A stretch of DNA of 61,921 nucleotides. It comes from an archaeon (GTDB taxonomy: Archaea; Nanobdellota; Nanobdellia; Woesearchaeales; UBA9642). The stretch is from NCBI GenBank assembly GCA_043806035.1, contig JAZDHK010000019.1, positions 1-61,921 on the forward strand. The letters are read 5' to 3'. This document shows, one piece after another, positions 60,202-61,921 of this stretch. The position numbers and the translations under genes are program-made. The notes below the pieces were generated by a model, which ran no database searches, was not told the DNA's origin, and worked only from the letters and a program-made list of their open reading frames with translations. Within the stretch, counting starts at the first letter, position 1, and the number at the start of each line of letters is the position of its first letter.

Positions 60202-60429
60202 TTATCATTTCCTCAGGTATGATTCTCTGCCAGAGTACTGTACCCGTCGGGTCAAATGCTCTGCGATTGTTATTTCCAGATTTTCGTGAAACCGCAGATT
60301 TCGGGCACGAGAAGCCGTGTAGAGCTATCGCTACAGGGTATGATGCTCCCGCCGATGACCAGACCCGACGGGTCAGAGTCCAGGATCAGTCCTGCGCAAA
60401 TGTATCACACAAGACATACAATGCAATAC
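60202..60429 (+). repeat. Island repeat, copy E
   Basis: Terminal IR ACCCGTCGGGTC (60242-53) / GACCCGACGGGT (60362-73); conserved core GTGTAGAGCTATCGCTAC.GGGTATGATGCTCCCGCCGATG. Confidence 0.92.
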
Positions 60430-60550
60430 TGTGTTGGGAACTAGACACGATTGCAGCTGCTGGACTGACTGATACGACTGAATGCTTCTTTGGCGAGGGT
60501 AACAAGGACTAGGGTATCAACGTAGGTGATTACTGAAGCTACAATAACGT

Positions 60551-61561
60551 TTAATAACGTAAGTACATCATCCCTAAGGAGATGCCTGACCCTCCGCCGG
60601 ATAGGAGCATGCTGTCACCCCTTTGGACTCTATGCGTTGAAATAGCCTCGTCGATTCCCAGCGGAATAGACACTGAAAGCATATTTCCGAAGGTGCGGGT
60701 AAGATCGAGAAGTTTATCATTGGGAAAATTCATTCTTCGTTTCAGAAGATCGATAAAACTAGGACTCACTTGGTGGGGGATTATCGCTTTCACTTCTTCA
60801 ACTATCTCTTTCAAAGCAATATGATGGTCTTTCAAAGCACGAGCAAAAAAGCCTTTGCATTCCTCGAAGACCACTCTGCCCATAGCAGTCCCGTGTAATT
60901 CATAGACGAAATTATCATGAGTTTCATTGCTATACTCCATTGCGGTCAGTTTATTCCCTCCTCCTCTAATCTCTGAGAGATGAGCACCTCTCGAGAACGT
61001 TTCAATATGGGATAGGTAAATTCCACTGCTTCCCGTTTCGTCTTTTCTAAGCACCAGCGCTGCAGCGCCATCACCGAACAATGGTGCACTTTTTATGTCC
61101 TTGCGGTTTATGCCAACAGACGTAATGTCTGATGAGCACACCAGTGCAGTGGTGTAGCGTCCATGTTCTAGCATGTAGGAAATAGTGTCAAGTCCCTGAA
61201 GAAAACTCATGCATGAAGAATTGATATCAAAACAAGGAATGTGCGTCTTTTGTAGACCTAATTGTTCTGACAACAAACATCCGCCTGTCGGTATTGGTTG
61301 CTGATTGACGCCGTTCGTAGATACAATGACATCAAGATCTTCCGGATGAAGTCCTGCTCGCTCTAACGCTTGACGCGAAGCGAGTTCAGCCATTTCAGAA
61401 GACGTTTCATCCTCAACCCAATATCTAGTGCTCACACCAGTTGATTGTAAACACGTACCGTTTGGTACATCTAGTATGCGATCCAACTCGTCCGCTTCTA
61501 TTTTTCGCTTAGGTATGTATCTTCCCGTTCCTACAATTTTAATATGCCTGTCGAACTTCAT
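60551..61561 (-). CDS. 3-oxoacyl-ACP synthase III (FabH-like thiolase fold)
   Basis: FDINSSCMSF (Cys), LFGDGAAA, PHQ (His), FGN (Asn), GSG.S.G. Confidence 0.9.
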   Translation of the reverse strand: MKFDRHIKIVGTGRYIPKRKIEADELDRILDVPNGTCLQSTGVSTRYWVEDETSSEMAELASRQALERAGLHPEDLDVIVSTNGVNQQPIPTGGCLLSEQLGLQKTHIPCFDINSSCMSFLQGLDTISYMLEHGRYTTALVCSSDITSVGINRKDIKSAPLFGDGAAALVLRKDETGSSGIYLSHIETFSRGAHLSEIRGGGNKLTAMEYSNETHDNFVYELHGTAMGRVVFEECKGFFARALKDHHIALKEIVEEVKAIIPHQVSPSFIDLLKRRMNFPNDKLLDLTRTFGNMLSVSIPLGIDEAISTHRVQRGDSMLLSGGGSGISLGMMYLRY

Positions 61562-61655
61562 GCGACACCCTCAAGGAATAACAAGAACAATAATAGTTAC
61601 TACTTAATAAAGGTGTGGTTCGCACTTCGAGTTGTCTTATCCAGAAATTATTTCC

Positions 61656-61919
61656 CTACGGTGACTTTGCTACAGCTATGAAATTCACTCGAGGGTAGCG
61701 TTTGCGAAAACCAGGATGTTTTTCAAACATCCTGCGCGCACTACGCGATTTGAGCAGGATCTCAGCGTCGATAATTGAGTATTTCTTTGGCACGTTCACA
61801 AGGAAGTGCACGTGCGTTCCTGCAAAGCCGAACGTGCCGAATTCGAAGCCTTGCGTTTCGAATTCTCGAAACGCTGCCGTGCACGTGTCGATGTGCGATT
61901 GTTTGCCAAAACAGTTGTA
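61656..61919 (-). mobile_element. tnpA: IS200/IS605-family Y1 (HUH) transposase, 3'-truncated and cut by the window edge
   Basis: YNCF..THVHFLVNVPKKYS..LKSRSARRMF..P.FRKRYPR then a premature stop; lacks FWS and the catalytic Tyr helix. Confidence 0.8.
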
Positions 61920-61921
61920 TC

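Noticed and set aside
52478-60429. Island repeats as a CRISPR array
   Set aside because: The repeats are up to ~230 bp, degenerate and separated by whole genes; no cas genes are present.
52478-60429. Canonical integron attC array
   Set aside because: I could not find paired RYYYAAC/GTTRRRY ends and there is no tyrosine integrase in the window. An attC covariance scan is still needed for formal exclusion.
58630-60512. ORFs 58630..58929 and 60147..60512 sharing RAIATGYDAPAD as a protein family
   Set aside because: The similarity comes from the DNA repeat. Other copies break the frame, and the conservation is palindromic rather than codon-like.
1-61921. tRNA or rRNA genes
   Set aside because: No cloverleaf or rRNA signature was recognised by eye.

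Overview
This is a 62-kb chromosomal window from an archaeon, most likely DPANN/Woesearchaeota-like. The assignment rests on TFE, eS6, archaeal uS7, eL41, ZPR1, a Nog1-type GTPase, archaeal-type ArgRS/TyrRS/ProRS and TATA-type promoters. Core genes are interspersed with lineage-specific membrane and surface proteins. Both window ends appear to break in IS200-family Y1 transposase sequence. Main highlights: (1) An ~11-kb accessory island (50.7-61.6 kb) carries a copy of one co-oriented, internally palindromic repeat (8 full or partial copies) at every boundary between gene modules and never inside an operon. The repeats delimit toxin-antitoxin and other cargo like an integron-style cassette array, but no attC consensus or integrase is visible. 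(2) Three proteins typical of diderm bacterial envelopes sit among archaeal genes: a beta-barrel-like protein, a T9SS C-terminal-domain protein and a secreted TonB C-domain. A gingipain/C25-like surface protease is also present. (3) Two MITE-like elements carry target-site duplications, and one of them folds as a long RNA rod. (4) An unannotated eL41 gene is coupled to rps7. (5) There is a five-gene membrane/coiled-coil operon and an A-B-A-B-B array of five paralogs. All family calls come from motif recognition by eye; no database search was run.
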